64,000 nt of DNA from an uncultured Clostridia bacterium (lineage in GTDB: Bacteria > Bacillota > Clostridia > TANB77 > CAG-508). Both the position numbers and the translations under genes were made by a program. The notes beneath the pieces were generated by a model. That model saw nothing but the letters and a program-made list of their open reading frames with translations. It searched no databases and was not told the origin of the DNA. The stretch lies in NCBI GenBank assembly GCA_947631915.1, contig CANRNC010000004.1, forward strand, positions 4,932-68,931, given 5' to 3'. Each line of letters opens with the position of its first letter. Positions within the stretch are counted from its first letter, which is position 1. Shown here piece by piece: positions 29,717 through 39,829 of the stretch.

Positions 29717-31513
29717 ATGGAAAAAGAAAATAACAAAAATAATAAGAAAAAATTAATTATGGTATTAGTTTCAATATTAGTAATTGCATTAGTAACACTT
29801 ATATCTTTAATATTAATATTTAATTCACAAAAAGAGAAAGAGAATCTTGCATATACGGAATTATTAAATCATATTGAAAATGATAACGTAGAAAATATGG
29901 AAATGACAGTAGGGTCAACGACTTTAAAAGTTAAACTTAAAGATAGAGAAAATGAAGAAGACACAGAGAAGGTAATAATACCTAATACTCAAGCCTTTAT
30001 AGAACTTGTGCATGATAAAAAAGAACAAGGAAAAGAAATAACGCTTAATGAATTACCAGCAAGTGCAATAACTACATTTGTAAATAGATTCTGGTCAGTT
30101 ATACCTACACTACTTATGGTAGCATTATTTGTTATGCTTTTTAAAATGCAAGGACTTGGTGATAAAGGTGTAGTATATGATGGAGAAGAAAATAAGAGCG
30201 ATGTTAAATTTGAAGATGTCGCTGGGCTAGAAGAAGAAAAAAATGAATTAGTTGAAGTAGTTGGATTTTTAAAAAATCCTAAAAAGTTTAAAGAGATGGG
30301 GGCAAAAATTCCTAGAGGTATTTTATTATGTGGAAAACCAGGAACGGGAAAGACATTACTTGCAAAGGCTGTTGCTGGTGAGGCAGGAGTTCCATTTATA
30401 GCTATGAGTGGCTCTGAATTCATAGAGATGTTTGCAGGACTTGGAGCTTCTCGTGTAAGAAAACTATTTGCAAAAGCTAAAAAATTGTCTCCATGTATTA
30501 TTTTTATTGATGAGATAGATGCAATAGGTTCACGAAGAACTGGAGGAAGTGGAGCAGAGTCTGAAAATAACCAAACTTTAAATCAATTATTAGTAGAAAT
30601 GGATGGATTTGAAACTGATAATGCAGTTATAGTATTAGCAGCAACAAATAGACCAGAGATGTTAGATAAAGCCTTATTAAGACCAGGTAGATTTGATAGA
30701 CAGATAACAGTGGCCCCACCAGATATCAGAGGAAGAGAGCAGATTTTAAAAATACATGCTAAAGATAAGAAATTTGCAGAAGATATCGATTTAGCTGATA
30801 TTGCAGATGATACAGCAGGATTTACTGGAGCTGAATTAAGCAATATATTGAATGAGGCTGCTATAATAGCAACTGTGAATGATCATGAAGCTATACAAAG
30901 AGATGATCTAGAGGAAGCCATAAAGAAAGTAACGGTTGGATTACAAAAAACTAGCAGATTAATATCTGATAAAGATAAGAAATTAACAGCATATCATGAG
31001 GCTGGACATGCTATAGTAAGTCAATTTCTTCCAACAGTAACAAATGTAAAAGAGATATCAATTATACCAAGAGGTGTAGCTGGTGGATATACAATGTATA
31101 AATCTGATGAAGATAAAAATTATATATCAAAAACAGAGATGGAAGAAAAGTTAATTTCTCTTTTGGGAGGACGTGCTGCAGAAAGATTAGTATTGAATGA
31201 TATATCAACAGGAGCAAGCAATGATATAGAGGTTGCTACTAAAATTGCGAGAGATATGATAACTGTATATGGAATGAGTGAGACTTTAGGGCCAATATCT
31301 CTAGTAGTTGATACACCAGAAGAATTAAGATTGTTTGGAAATAATATTGAGGATGAAATTGGTGCAGAAATAAAAACTTTGATTGATACGGCATATGTTA
31401 AGGCACAACAAATATTAAATGCTAACATGGAAAAATTGCATAAAGTAGCTGAAATATTGCTAGAAAAAGAAACAATAACACAAGAACAATTTGAACAAGT
31501 ATTTAAATCATAG
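29717..31513 (+). CDS. ftsH: ATP-dependent zinc metalloprotease FtsH (canonical copy)
   Basis: Walker A GKPGTGKT, Walker B IIFIDEID, SRH ATNRPEMLDKALLRPGRFDR, zinc site HEAGH. GGAAGGA RBS. Confidence 0.95.
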   Translation: MEKENNKNNKKKLIMVLVSILVIALVTLISLILIFNSQKEKENLAYTELLNHIENDNVENMEMTVGSTTLKVKLKDRENEEDTEKVIIPNTQAFIELVHDKKEQGKEITLNELPASAITTFVNRFWSVIPTLLMVALFVMLFKMQGLGDKGVVYDGEENKSDVKFEDVAGLEEEKNELVEVVGFLKNPKKFKEMGAKIPRGILLCGKPGTGKTLLAKAVAGEAGVPFIAMSGSEFIEMFAGLGASRVRKLFAKAKKLSPCIIFIDEIDAIGSRRTGGSGAESENNQTLNQLLVEMDGFETDNAVIVLAATNRPEMLDKALLRPGRFDRQITVAPPDIRGREQILKIHAKDKKFAEDIDLADIADDTAGFTGAELSNILNEAAIIATVNDHEAIQRDDLEEAIKKVTVGLQKTSRLISDKDKKLTAYHEAGHAIVSQFLPTVTNVKEISIIPRGVAGGYTMYKSDEDKNYISKTEMEEKLISLLGGRAAERLVLNDISTGASNDIEVATKIARDMITVYGMSETLGPISLVVDTPEELRLFGNNIEDEIGAEIKTLIDTAYVKAQQILNANMEKLHKVAEILLEKETITQEQFEQVFKS

Positions 31514-31568
31514 TAAATAATTAAGTTAAATCTTAAAATTGCTATATATAATAATAGGAGGAAAAGTA

Positions 31569-32873
31569 ATGGAAAAATGTTTATTATTAGGAAATGGAGC
31601 AAGAGAAGCAGCTATTGCCGAAAAGATATCAGAAGGTTTTGAACTATTTTGTATAATGCCTTATGAAAATCCAACAATTTCAGAATTTTCAAAGAAATCA
31701 AATGGAAGAATATTAATTGGGGATCCTTTTAATAAAGAGTTAGTAAAAAAGTTTATAGAGGATGAAGATATTAAGAATTGTGTAATAAGTAGTGATAATT
31801 TATTAAGAGATGGATTAATAGATTTAGCTAGAGATTTAGGATTAAAAACTTTTGGACCAACTTCTCTAGGTTCAAAAATAGAATGGAGCAAAACATATGC
31901 TTTAAGTATAGTAAAAGAGATTGCACCTGAAATGGTAATAAAAAATTTTGAAGTAAGAAGTAAAGAACAATTAAGAAAAGTTATAGATGAAAATTATCAA
32001 GATGATAGTTTTGTTGTAAAACCAGAAGGATTAACTGGAGGAAAAGGCGTTAAAGTAGGAGGAGTACATTTTAAAGGAAAAGAAGAAGGATATGATTATG
32101 CATTAACATGTTTGGAAGATAGTGGAGTTGTTATAATTCAAGATAAAGTTGAAGGTAGAGAATTTACTGTAACAGGATTAACAGATGGAAAAAATATTGT
32201 TATAACACCAACTACTTTTGATTATCCATATAGATTTGATGAAGATAAGGGTCCAGGCACAGGAGGTATGGGATGCTTAAGTTTTGAAACAGGGCTATTA
32301 CCATTCTTGAGCCAAGATGATATTGACAAATGTGCTGAATTAATGAAAGGAGTTATTCAATACATAAATAAGGACAAAAATGAATTTACAGGACCAATAT
32401 ATGGAGGATTTTTCAAATGTGAAAATGGAATAAAATTCATAGAATTTAATGCAAGATTTGGAGACCCAGAAGCACTTAATATATTGAATACATTAGAAAC
32501 ACCATTTAAAGAGGTTTTTGATAATATTCAGAAACAAGAATTATCAGAAGAAAATTGTAAATTTGCAAAAAAAGCAGTCTGTACAGTATATATGGTAAGC
32601 CCAAATTATGCAATAGCTTCAAGTAAAGAACCTTGCAAGTATGTATTAAATAAGGAAGAAATTAACAAAAAGGGTGCTAAAGTTTACTTTGCTAGCTCAA
32701 AAAGAATAGAAGGAAATTCTTATGAGTCAGTTGGAAATTCAAGATTAGTTGCAATAGTTGCAGAAGACGAAACATTTGAAAAAGCTAAACAAAAAGTATA
32801 TCAAGCAATAGAAGGAAATGTAGATAATATATTAAATTATAGAAAAGATATTGGAACAATATATATTCATTAA
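31569..32873 (+). CDS. purD: phosphoribosylamine--glycine ligase-like ATP-grasp enzyme (divergent PurD)
   Basis: Motifs VVKPEGLTGGKGVKV, DEDKGPGTGGMG and EFNARFGDPE. Start set at MEKCLLLGNGARE (AGGAGG 8 nt upstream). Confidence 0.75.
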   Translation: MEKCLLLGNGAREAAIAEKISEGFELFCIMPYENPTISEFSKKSNGRILIGDPFNKELVKKFIEDEDIKNCVISSDNLLRDGLIDLARDLGLKTFGPTSLGSKIEWSKTYALSIVKEIAPEMVIKNFEVRSKEQLRKVIDENYQDDSFVVKPEGLTGGKGVKVGGVHFKGKEEGYDYALTCLEDSGVVIIQDKVEGREFTVTGLTDGKNIVITPTTFDYPYRFDEDKGPGTGGMGCLSFETGLLPFLSQDDIDKCAELMKGVIQYINKDKNEFTGPIYGGFFKCENGIKFIEFNARFGDPEALNILNTLETPFKEVFDNIQKQELSEENCKFAKKAVCTVYMVSPNYAIASSKEPCKYVLNKEEINKKGAKVYFASSKRIEGNSYESVGNSRLVAIVAEDETFEKAKQKVYQAIEGNVDNILNYRKDIGTIYIH

Positions 32874-32932
32874 TAAAAAGTTAAGAAATTGTTATCGAAT
32901 AATAATTTTTTAACTTAAAAGGAGAAGAACAA

Positions 32933-33376
32933 TTGTTAGATTATGAAAAAATAGAGAGTTTTGAAAAGCAAAAAACGAAGGTAATGAAGTATATTATGTA
33001 TAAGAAAAGAACAGAACATGAAGTGAGACAAAAATTCTCTAAAATAATTGAAAAAGAGACTTTAGATGAGATAATTGATTATTTAAAAGAAGCCCAATAT
33101 TTAAGTGATGTAGACTATATTGAGAGGTCTGTTAATGAATTCATAGCATTAAAAGATTTATCAATATTTGAAATTAAGTGTAAATTATATTCAAAGGGTA
33201 TTTCAAAAAACGATATAGAAGATTATATACAAAAGCATAGAGATGAATTAGAAGAATATGAGGATAAATCTAGGAAAAATATAATTATGAAAAAATCTAT
33301 GACAATGGATGAACAAGAAATTAAAAAATATTTATATAAAAAGGGGTTTAGGAAGGATATAAATTGCTATGACTAA
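32933..33376 (+). CDS. recX: RecX-family regulatory protein (short form)
   Basis: Repeated three-helix pattern: YIMYKKRTEHEVRQKF...IIDYLKEAQYLSDVDYIERSV...IKCKLYSKGISKNDIEDYI. TTG start 8 nt after AAGGAG. Confidence 0.6.
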   Translation: MLDYEKIESFEKQKTKVMKYIMYKKRTEHEVRQKFSKIIEKETLDEIIDYLKEAQYLSDVDYIERSVNEFIALKDLSIFEIKCKLYSKGISKNDIEDYIQKHRDELEEYEDKSRKNIIMKKSMTMDEQEIKKYLYKKGFRKDINCYD

Positions 33377-34127
33377 TGTATTAACTTTAGAAACTAATAA
33401 ATATGCTATTAGAATAGAGAATTTTGAAGGACCATTAGACTTATTATTACATTTAATTGACAAAAATAAAATGGATATATATGATATAAAGATTTCAGAA
33501 ATTACAGAACAATATATAGAATATATAAATAAAATGGAAGAAATGAATTTAGTACTGACTAGTGAATTTGCGATCATGGCATCTACATTATTGTATTTAA
33601 AATCAAAAAAAATGCTTCCAAAACATGATAAAGATGAAGAAGAATTAACTGAAGAAGAACTTATAAGGAGAATAATTGAGTATAAAAAGTATAAAGATAT
33701 TACACAAAAATTAAAAGATAATTTTTCAATATTTTCTAATAGATATTATAAATTTGCTGAAAAAATTGAACTTCCAAAGCAAAAACTATATGAAGAATAT
33801 GAAAAAGGAATAATAACGAAAATTTATAAAAACTTAATGTATAGGATCAAAGAAAAAATAAATGTCAATGCAAAAAATATTGAAAAGATAGCTTTAGTAG
33901 ATACATATACGGTACATGAAAAAGTAAAAGAAATGTTTAGAATTTTGTTACATAGACCAAGTTTCATATTTAATAAGGTATATACATTAAAACAACATAA
34001 CAAACAAGAAGTGGTAACTGCGTTTTCAGGGCTTTTAGAATTATCAAGAAAGAGTAAAGTGGTAACAGAACAAGAAAGGAACTTTGGCGATATAAAAGTG
34101 CAAAAAGTAAAAAGAGTAAAAGAATAA
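33369..34127 (+). CDS. scpA: segregation and condensation protein A
   Basis: FEGPLDLLLHLIDKNKMDIYDIKISEIT. The ATG overlaps the recX stop (ATGACTAA). Confidence 0.9.
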   Translation: MTNVLTLETNKYAIRIENFEGPLDLLLHLIDKNKMDIYDIKISEITEQYIEYINKMEEMNLVLTSEFAIMASTLLYLKSKKMLPKHDKDEEELTEEELIRRIIEYKKYKDITQKLKDNFSIFSNRYYKFAEKIELPKQKLYEEYEKGIITKIYKNLMYRIKEKINVNAKNIEKIALVDTYTVHEKVKEMFRILLHRPSFIFNKVYTLKQHNKQEVVTAFSGLLELSRKSKVVTEQERNFGDIKVQKVKRVKE

Positions 34128-34168
34128 AATTATAAAAATTGGTAAAATTAATAATATAAGTTCAAGGA

Positions 34169-34813
34169 ATGGAGAATCTTATGTTATTAATTTTATTTTT
34201 TTTCTTTATTATATGTATAGCTATAAGCACATTAAAAATAAGAATTAACTTTGATAATATACAAATATCAAACATAGATGAAAATAAAAGAAAATGTAAA
34301 TTGAAGTATACTTATACTATTTATTTAGAGATTATAATTTTAGAAAAATTCAAGATTGTTAAAATTAAATTAGATAAAGAAAAAGTAAGTAGAATAATGA
34401 AAAATATGAAATTAAATTTTAATAATATAGATATGAAAAAAGAAATAAAAAATAGAGATGAGTTGGTTGTAAATTTAAAAAGTTTAAAATTAGTTTTTAA
34501 AGAATTGAACTTGAATGTTGAAATAGGAACAGAAGACATAATAAGTACGGTAGGCATATTTACGATTTTATCTACAATAATACCAATTTTAATTAGAAAT
34601 AATAAAGCAAAAGTGCAATACCAGATAGCTCCTATATATAATACTGGAAATGCAATAAATTTTTGGGCCAATGGTATAAGTGAAGTGTATTTGGTACATA
34701 TTATTTATACATTATATATTATGAAAATGAAGAAAGGAAGGAAGAAATATGGCAGAGGAAACACAAAGACAAAATCATCCGATAGAAGGACTTATGATTA
34801 CAGCCATGGATAG
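34169..34813 (+). CDS. membrane protein, YtfI-like (DUF2953) sporulation-associated
   Basis: N-terminal TM. Its position immediately upstream of ytfJ matches B. subtilis ytfI-ytfJ. The family call is by context. Confidence 0.5.
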   Translation: MENLMLLILFFFFIICIAISTLKIRINFDNIQISNIDENKRKCKLKYTYTIYLEIIILEKFKIVKIKLDKEKVSRIMKNMKLNFNNIDMKKEIKNRDELVVNLKSLKLVFKELNLNVEIGTEDIISTVGIFTILSTIIPILIRNNKAKVQYQIAPIYNTGNAINFWANGISEVYLVHIIYTLYIMKMKKGRKKYGRGNTKTKSSDRRTYDYSHG

Positions 34814-35195
34814 CATACAGGAGATGATAGATGTTAATACTATTATAGGAGATCCAATAGAAACATCGGTGGGAAGTGTGATTATACCAATTTCAAAAGT
34901 GACTTTTGGATTTGCAGCAGGAGGTAGCGAATTTAAAGGAGAAACTATTGATGAATATACAAAGAAAGATAAAGAGGAGTTAGTACAATATAGATTACCT
35001 TTTGGAGGAGGTAGTGGAGCAGCAGTAAATATTAATCCAGTTGCATTCTTGATTGTGCAAACTGATAATGTAAAACTATTACAAGTAAATCATTCTTCAT
35101 CATTAGATAAGGTTTTAGATTATATACCAGAAATAATAGAGAAGATGGAAAAAGCACTATGCAAAAATGAAAAAAAAGAAAAAGAAAATAATTGA
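34749..35195 (+). CDS. ytfJ: GerW/YtfJ-family sporulation protein
   Basis: HPIEGLM...VNTIIGDPI...IIPISKVTFGFAAGGSEF...LPFGGGSGAAVNINPVAFLIV. It overlaps the upstream ORF by 65 nt. Confidence 0.85.
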   Translation: MAEETQRQNHPIEGLMITAMDSIQEMIDVNTIIGDPIETSVGSVIIPISKVTFGFAAGGSEFKGETIDEYTKKDKEELVQYRLPFGGGSGAAVNINPVAFLIVQTDNVKLLQVNHSSSLDKVLDYIPEIIEKMEKALCKNEKKEKENN

Positions 35196-35196
35196 T

Positions 35197-35221
35197 AAAA
35201 GAGGTCGTGAGACCTCTTTTT
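35197..35221. terminator. bidirectional terminator between convergent ytfJ and dapB
   Basis: AAAAGAGGTC-GTGA-GACCTCTTTT. Confidence 0.85.
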
Positions 35222-35224
35222 ATA

Positions 35225-35971
35225 TTAAACTAAATCATTCATATTATAAAAGCCATTTGGTTTATTTACTAAATATTCTGCTGCTTTTAAAGCTCCATCA
35301 GCAAAAACATTTCTTGAGTATGAGGTGTGTTTTACTTCAAAAGTCTCGTAAGGACTGAAAAACTGAACTGTATGCTCTCCAACAATGTTTCCACCACGAA
35401 TTGATGAAAAACCTATTTCATTTTGTGAACGCTTTTGAGATTTAGAATGTCTATCAAATACATATTCTTTTTTATTATCAAATACTTCATTTATTGCATT
35501 TGCAAGAAGAAGAGCTGTCCCACTTGGTGAATCTTTCTTTTGATTATGATGTGTTTCAATAATCTCTATATCAGAGTCATAAAGTTTTTTTGCGACTTCT
35601 GATACAATTTTTGCCATTAAACTTATATCAAATGACATATTTGAGGATCTGAATATAGGTAAGTTTTTACTATATTCTTTAATTTTAATTTCTTCTTCTT
35701 CAGTAAAACCAGTTGTTGCTATAACTATAGGAATATGCTTTTCACAAGCATACTTTAAAATATTAAAAGTTCCAACTGTATAAGAAAAGTCAATTATTAC
35801 ATCTATTTTTACATTTATATCTTCAAATTTAGTAAAGATAGGGAAGGGAGCACTTTCATCTTGTTTTATATCAAATCCTCCTACCAAATTCAAATTATTA
35901 AAATTCTCAATTTGAGATATTACCGTACGTCCCATACGGCCATTACAGCCATTTACAAAAACATTTATCAT
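35225..35971 (-). CDS. dapB: 4-hydroxy-tetrahydrodipicolinate reductase
   Basis: N-terminal GCNGRMG and ETHHNQKKDSPSGTA. Confidence 0.92.
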   Translation of the reverse strand: MINVFVNGCNGRMGRTVISQIENFNNLNLVGGFDIKQDESAPFPIFTKFEDINVKIDVIIDFSYTVGTFNILKYACEKHIPIVIATTGFTEEEEIKIKEYSKNLPIFRSSNMSFDISLMAKIVSEVAKKLYDSDIEIIETHHNQKKDSPSGTALLLANAINEVFDNKKEYVFDRHSKSQKRSQNEIGFSSIRGGNIVGEHTVQFFSPYETFEVKHTSYSRNVFADGALKAAEYLVNKPNGFYNMNDLV

Positions 35972-35994
35972 TTTACAAACTTTCCTTTCTGAAT

Positions 35995-36531
35995 TTATAA
36001 AAAATACCTAAATGTACAAATTCCTAAAATCATATAGGCATATCGAAAAATTCTATTGTAAGTTCTAGTAGCTTTTATGCCATCGATTGATTCAATAATC
36101 GCAGAAAATTTATCGGTTAGAGTAATTATATAAGATTCTCTATATTTAGGCAAAGCAAGAGTTACAGGCCACATATGTTTTAATATCATATCTTTTTCTA
36201 TTTTATTAAGGTCAAAAAGTTTTAATGCATTATCTAAAGAAGATTTAGGATGAGTAAATGCATGTAGTCCTTTGCGATTTTCCTTTTTTCTCCAATCATA
36301 TAAAAATAAATCATGTAACATACCAGCACGTGCTGCTGATACATAATCTAAATTAAGTCTTTTACAAATTATATATGTATAATAAGAAACATATAGGCAA
36401 TGCTCATAACAAGAAGTATTATAATGCTGTCTAAGATTTCTCATTTGTAATACAGTATTATTAATTTTTATATCATATATGATTTTATTAAAATTTTTAT
36501 CGTTATCTATCTTTTCTTTTATCTTAAGCAT
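35995..36531 (-). CDS. HD-domain protein inserted between dapA and dapB
   Basis: YEHCLYVSYY...AGMLHDLFLYDW. Start set at MLKIKEK (AAAGGG 9 nt upstream). Confidence 0.7.
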   Translation of the reverse strand: MLKIKEKIDNDKNFNKIIYDIKINNTVLQMRNLRQHYNTSCYEHCLYVSYYTYIICKRLNLDYVSAARAGMLHDLFLYDWRKKENRKGLHAFTHPKSSLDNALKLFDLNKIEKDMILKHMWPVTLALPKYRESYIITLTDKFSAIIESIDGIKATRTYNRIFRYAYMILGICTFRYFL

Positions 36532-36608
36532 ATAAATCATCCCTTTATAAATTAACTTCTGTATAAAATTATAAATTCCTTTAATTCTATTATACTATAA
36601 AATGTATA

Positions 36609-37493
36609 CTAAATCAAATAAGGAGACATAGTATTTTTTAGCATTTCTAGATTTTTAGAGGAGATAGGTGTAAGTGGCAATCTAGGAATTCCGAAGTCAT
36701 ATCCCATTAGGTTTAAAGCCGCCTTTACAGGAATAGGATTTACTTCACAAAATAGAGCATTCATTAAAGGCAAATTTTCTAATTGTATTTTTGTAGCTTC
36801 TTTAATGTTTCCATTCCAGAAATTTTTCATCATATTGGATAAGATTTGAGGAGCAATATTTGAAAAGACAGAAATTACACCAATTCCGCCTAAAGATAGG
36901 ATAGGGAGTATCTGATCATCATTTCCACTATAAATATTCAAATTATCTCCACATAACGAAGCAATTTTTGCAACTTGAGATAAATTACCAGAGGCTTCTT
37001 TAATTGCAACAATATTATCGACTTTAGATAATTCTAAACAAGTTTCAGGTAAAATATTTACACCGGTTCTACTAGGAACACTATACATTATAATAGGAGT
37101 ATTAGGAACTTCTGAAGCAATAGCTTTATAATGCTGTATTAAACCATCTTGAGTGGCTTTGTTGTAGTATGGTGTTACAACTAATATTCCATCGGCACCG
37201 ACATTTGTAGCAAACTTTGAAAGTTCAATTGCACTTTTTGTACAATTTGAACCTGTTCCTGCAATTACAGGAATTCTACCATCAATAGTATCAATTGCAA
37301 ACTTAATGGTCTCCTTTCTTTCAGAATCAGTCATTGTTGAGGCTTCTCCAGTAGTACCACAAACAATTATAGCATCAGCGCCATTTTTAACTTGAAATTC
37401 TAGTAATTTTTCAAATTCTGCATAATTTACGCCTTTTTCATTAAAAGGTGTAGCAATAGCTGTTCCACAGCCTTTAAAAATAATTTTTTTCAT
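36609..37493 (-). CDS. dapA: 4-hydroxy-tetrahydrodipicolinate synthase
   Basis: Motifs GTTGEAST, YNKAT and AIKEASG (catalytic Lys context). Start at MKKIIFKG. Confidence 0.95.
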   Translation of the reverse strand: MKKIIFKGCGTAIATPFNEKGVNYAEFEKLLEFQVKNGADAIIVCGTTGEASTMTDSERKETIKFAIDTIDGRIPVIAGTGSNCTKSAIELSKFATNVGADGILVVTPYYNKATQDGLIQHYKAIASEVPNTPIIMYSVPSRTGVNILPETCLELSKVDNIVAIKEASGNLSQVAKIASLCGDNLNIYSGNDDQILPILSLGGIGVISVFSNIAPQILSNMMKNFWNGNIKEATKIQLENLPLMNALFCEVNPIPVKAALNLMGYDFGIPRLPLTPISSKNLEMLKNTMSPYLI

Positions 37494-37626
37494 TTTACAC
37501 AACTTCTTTCTGTGTAGGTAATCAACTCATATATAGTCATATATCGAGTATATCGTATATATTATATTCTATAATTATAAAAAATGGAATATAAAAATAT
37601 ATAATTTTAAAATGATATGCAGAAAT

Positions 37627-37662
37627 TAAAAAAAAGAAAAGAGAACACAATAATGTGTCCTC
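37627..37662 (-). terminator. rho-independent terminator after the SPFH gene
   Basis: Minus strand reads GAGGACACA-TTA-TTGTGTTCTC followed by a long T-run. Confidence 0.8.
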
Positions 37663-37679
37663 AATATGTATATTTTTTA

Positions 37680-38606
37680 TTATTCTTTTTTCTTATCTTT
37701 AGGATGTAGTAGTTCTCCTTTTAAACCTAGATCTACTAAATTAGATGTAGCAGCTTCGAATGGAATAAATATTTTATTAGCATCACCATCAGCAATTTCC
37801 TTTAAGGCTTCTAAAGATTTTAATTGAATTAACTTTTCATCTGGATTTGCATTCTTCATAGCCGTATATACCATTTGAACTTCTTGAGCTTTTGCTTCAG
37901 CGACTCTTTTAATTGCTTCAGCATCTCCGGATGCTTTTCTAATTTTAGCTTCTTTTTCAGCTTCAGCATTCAAAATAGTAGCAGCTTTCATACCTTCAGC
38001 TTGAAGTATTTTAGCTTGACGTTCACCTTCAGCTTTTAGTATTTCAGCTCTTTTAGTTCTTTCAGCATTCATTTGTTTTTCCATTGCTGTACGAATTCCT
38101 TCTGGAGGAGTAATGTCTTGAATTTCAACTCTTTCAACTTTACAGCCCCATTGAGAAGTTGCTTCATTTAATACCATCCTTAATTGTTCATTTATTAAAT
38201 CTCTTGAACTAAATGTTGCATCTAAATCAAGTTTACCAACAATATCACGAGTTGTAGTAATTGCTAAATACTCAATACTCTTTTTTAAAGATTGTATTTC
38301 ATAAACTGCTCTTGCTGGTTCTACAACTTTATAAAATACAACTGTATTTATTTTGATTGTAACATTATCCTTTGTTATAACTTCTTGTGGTTGGACGTCT
38401 AAAGTTTGTTGCTTTAAGCTAACTATAAATCTGATTCTGTCTACAAAAGGAATAATGAAAGTAAGTCCTGCATCAGCTATCTTATGAAATTTACCTAATC
38501 TTTCAATAACATATACCTCTGATTGATTAACTACTTTAATTGAGTTATATGCAAGAAATATTAAAATTCCAAAGAATATAACTAAAAATATAATAAAAGG
38601 TATCAT
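37680..38606 (-). CDS. SPFH/band-7 (stomatin-like) membrane protein
   Basis: N-terminal TM, an SPFH core (VYVIERLGKFHK...TKDNVTIKINTVVFYKV), and a C-terminal Ala/Glu/Lys coiled coil. GGAGG lies 8 nt before MIPFII. Confidence 0.88.
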   Translation of the reverse strand: MIPFIIFLVIFFGILIFLAYNSIKVVNQSEVYVIERLGKFHKIADAGLTFIIPFVDRIRFIVSLKQQTLDVQPQEVITKDNVTIKINTVVFYKVVEPARAVYEIQSLKKSIEYLAITTTRDIVGKLDLDATFSSRDLINEQLRMVLNEATSQWGCKVERVEIQDITPPEGIRTAMEKQMNAERTKRAEILKAEGERQAKILQAEGMKAATILNAEAEKEAKIRKASGDAEAIKRVAEAKAQEVQMVYTAMKNANPDEKLIQLKSLEALKEIADGDANKIFIPFEAATSNLVDLGLKGELLHPKDKKKE

Positions 38607-38707
38607 ATAAAAACCCTCCAAATTGATTATTCTTAAATTAATACTCCTATATTATACAACAAAATATGGAAAAATGGAAGAGTTTATGTAAAATTTATTA
38701 AAATTTA

Positions 38708-38732
38708 TAAAAAGGGACACATAGTGCCCTTA
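38708..38732 (-). terminator. terminator after the ytxC-like gene
   Basis: Minus strand reads AAGGGCAC-TAT-GTGTCCCTT followed by TTTTAT (one bulge). Confidence 0.6.
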
Positions 38733-38741
38733 ATCATACTA

Positions 38742-39602
38742 TTAAGTTTTAATATCAAAATTTAGATACTTATATACAGAACAAATATCACAATTATTGC
38801 AAATTGTAATTCTATCTTCAAATATAAGTTTTAATGTATTTATGAAGTCATCTTCTGATCCACTAATAGGAAGGTGAATAGTCAAGTGGGAGGGAAGCAC
38901 GTTTAACAAATAATTTAATACATAGTCGTTGTCTGAAAATGTTATATCAGATAAAAACTTTGCATTAAGTGATTCTGCACTTCGACTATTTATTACTTGT
39001 TTATTATCGTCTAATATAACAGCTTTATTATTGAAGTATACGAGATTTAAATTTGATACTTTTGATATATTCGAGTTAATATATAGTTTCAATATATTTA
39101 TAAATTCAAAGTATTCACGTTCAATCAAAAATCTGTTAATACATGTATTTAATATATGATCCAAAATTTCTTTATATTCTTTAAGTCTAAAGTTAAAAAA
39201 GCCATTTAATATTATAGAGTGGTGTTCTTTTAAATATTTGTAAAAAGAATTATAAATCGAAAAATATTTATTTTTAAAAAATTCAGATTCAAGAGAATTT
39301 TCCAAATCGCAGATTTCTAAAATCCTATCTTTTTCAGTAGATGAGAAATAGAAGAAATCATTATTTAATTCCTTCTTTAATACAATAGGTTCATAAAATT
39401 TAAGAACCATATCTGTTAATATAATACAAGTATAATTATAGAATGAATTTATATTATTACCGCAATAATGAACGATAATATTATCATAGATTTTAAAGGA
39501 ATTGGAAGAAATGTATAAATTGTCTAATTCTAATAATGAAAATCTATCTAATAAATATTTTATTATAGAATTGTTATTAATTTTAATGCAAAGTGATTTC
39601 AT
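38742..39602 (-). CDS. YtxC-like putative sporulation protein
   Basis: 286 aa, Asn/Ile/Phe-rich, no TM. The pattern ...LTDMVLKFYEPIVLKKELNNDFFYFSSTEKDRILE... is reminiscent of YtxC. Weak assignment. Confidence 0.45.
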   Translation of the reverse strand: MKSLCIKINNNSIIKYLLDRFSLLELDNLYISSNSFKIYDNIIVHYCGNNINSFYNYTCIILTDMVLKFYEPIVLKKELNNDFFYFSSTEKDRILEICDLENSLESEFFKNKYFSIYNSFYKYLKEHHSIILNGFFNFRLKEYKEILDHILNTCINRFLIEREYFEFINILKLYINSNISKVSNLNLVYFNNKAVILDDNKQVINSRSAESLNAKFLSDITFSDNDYVLNYLLNVLPSHLTIHLPISGSEDDFINTLKLIFEDRITICNNCDICSVYKYLNFDIKT

Positions 39603-39829
39603 TTAAGAATTAAACTCCTTCCTAATATAATAAATATATTATTTGCAAAAAATAATCATATATACATATATTTTATTCGAATAAAAATTAAGTGCTACAT
39701 TAATTCTTGTTTATATAAATAATAAAATAATAAGTGGACAAAAAATTTACATACATATTAATATATATTGACTTTTCAAAATTTTTAATGTATTTTTATT
39801 ATTGAGAAAAGTTAGAAAGGAAAAATGAA

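Noticed and set aside
35167-35358. 63-aa plus-strand ORF starting in the ytfJ 3' end.
   Set aside because: It runs through the bidirectional terminator and into the dapB 3' end on the wrong strand. The poly-Lys start is an A-run artefact.
37494-37679. Possible lysine (L-box) riboswitch upstream of dapA.
   Set aside because: No conserved L-box helices or GAGGCGC-type core are visible. The region contains only the terminator of the upstream SPFH gene and AT-rich promoter sequence.
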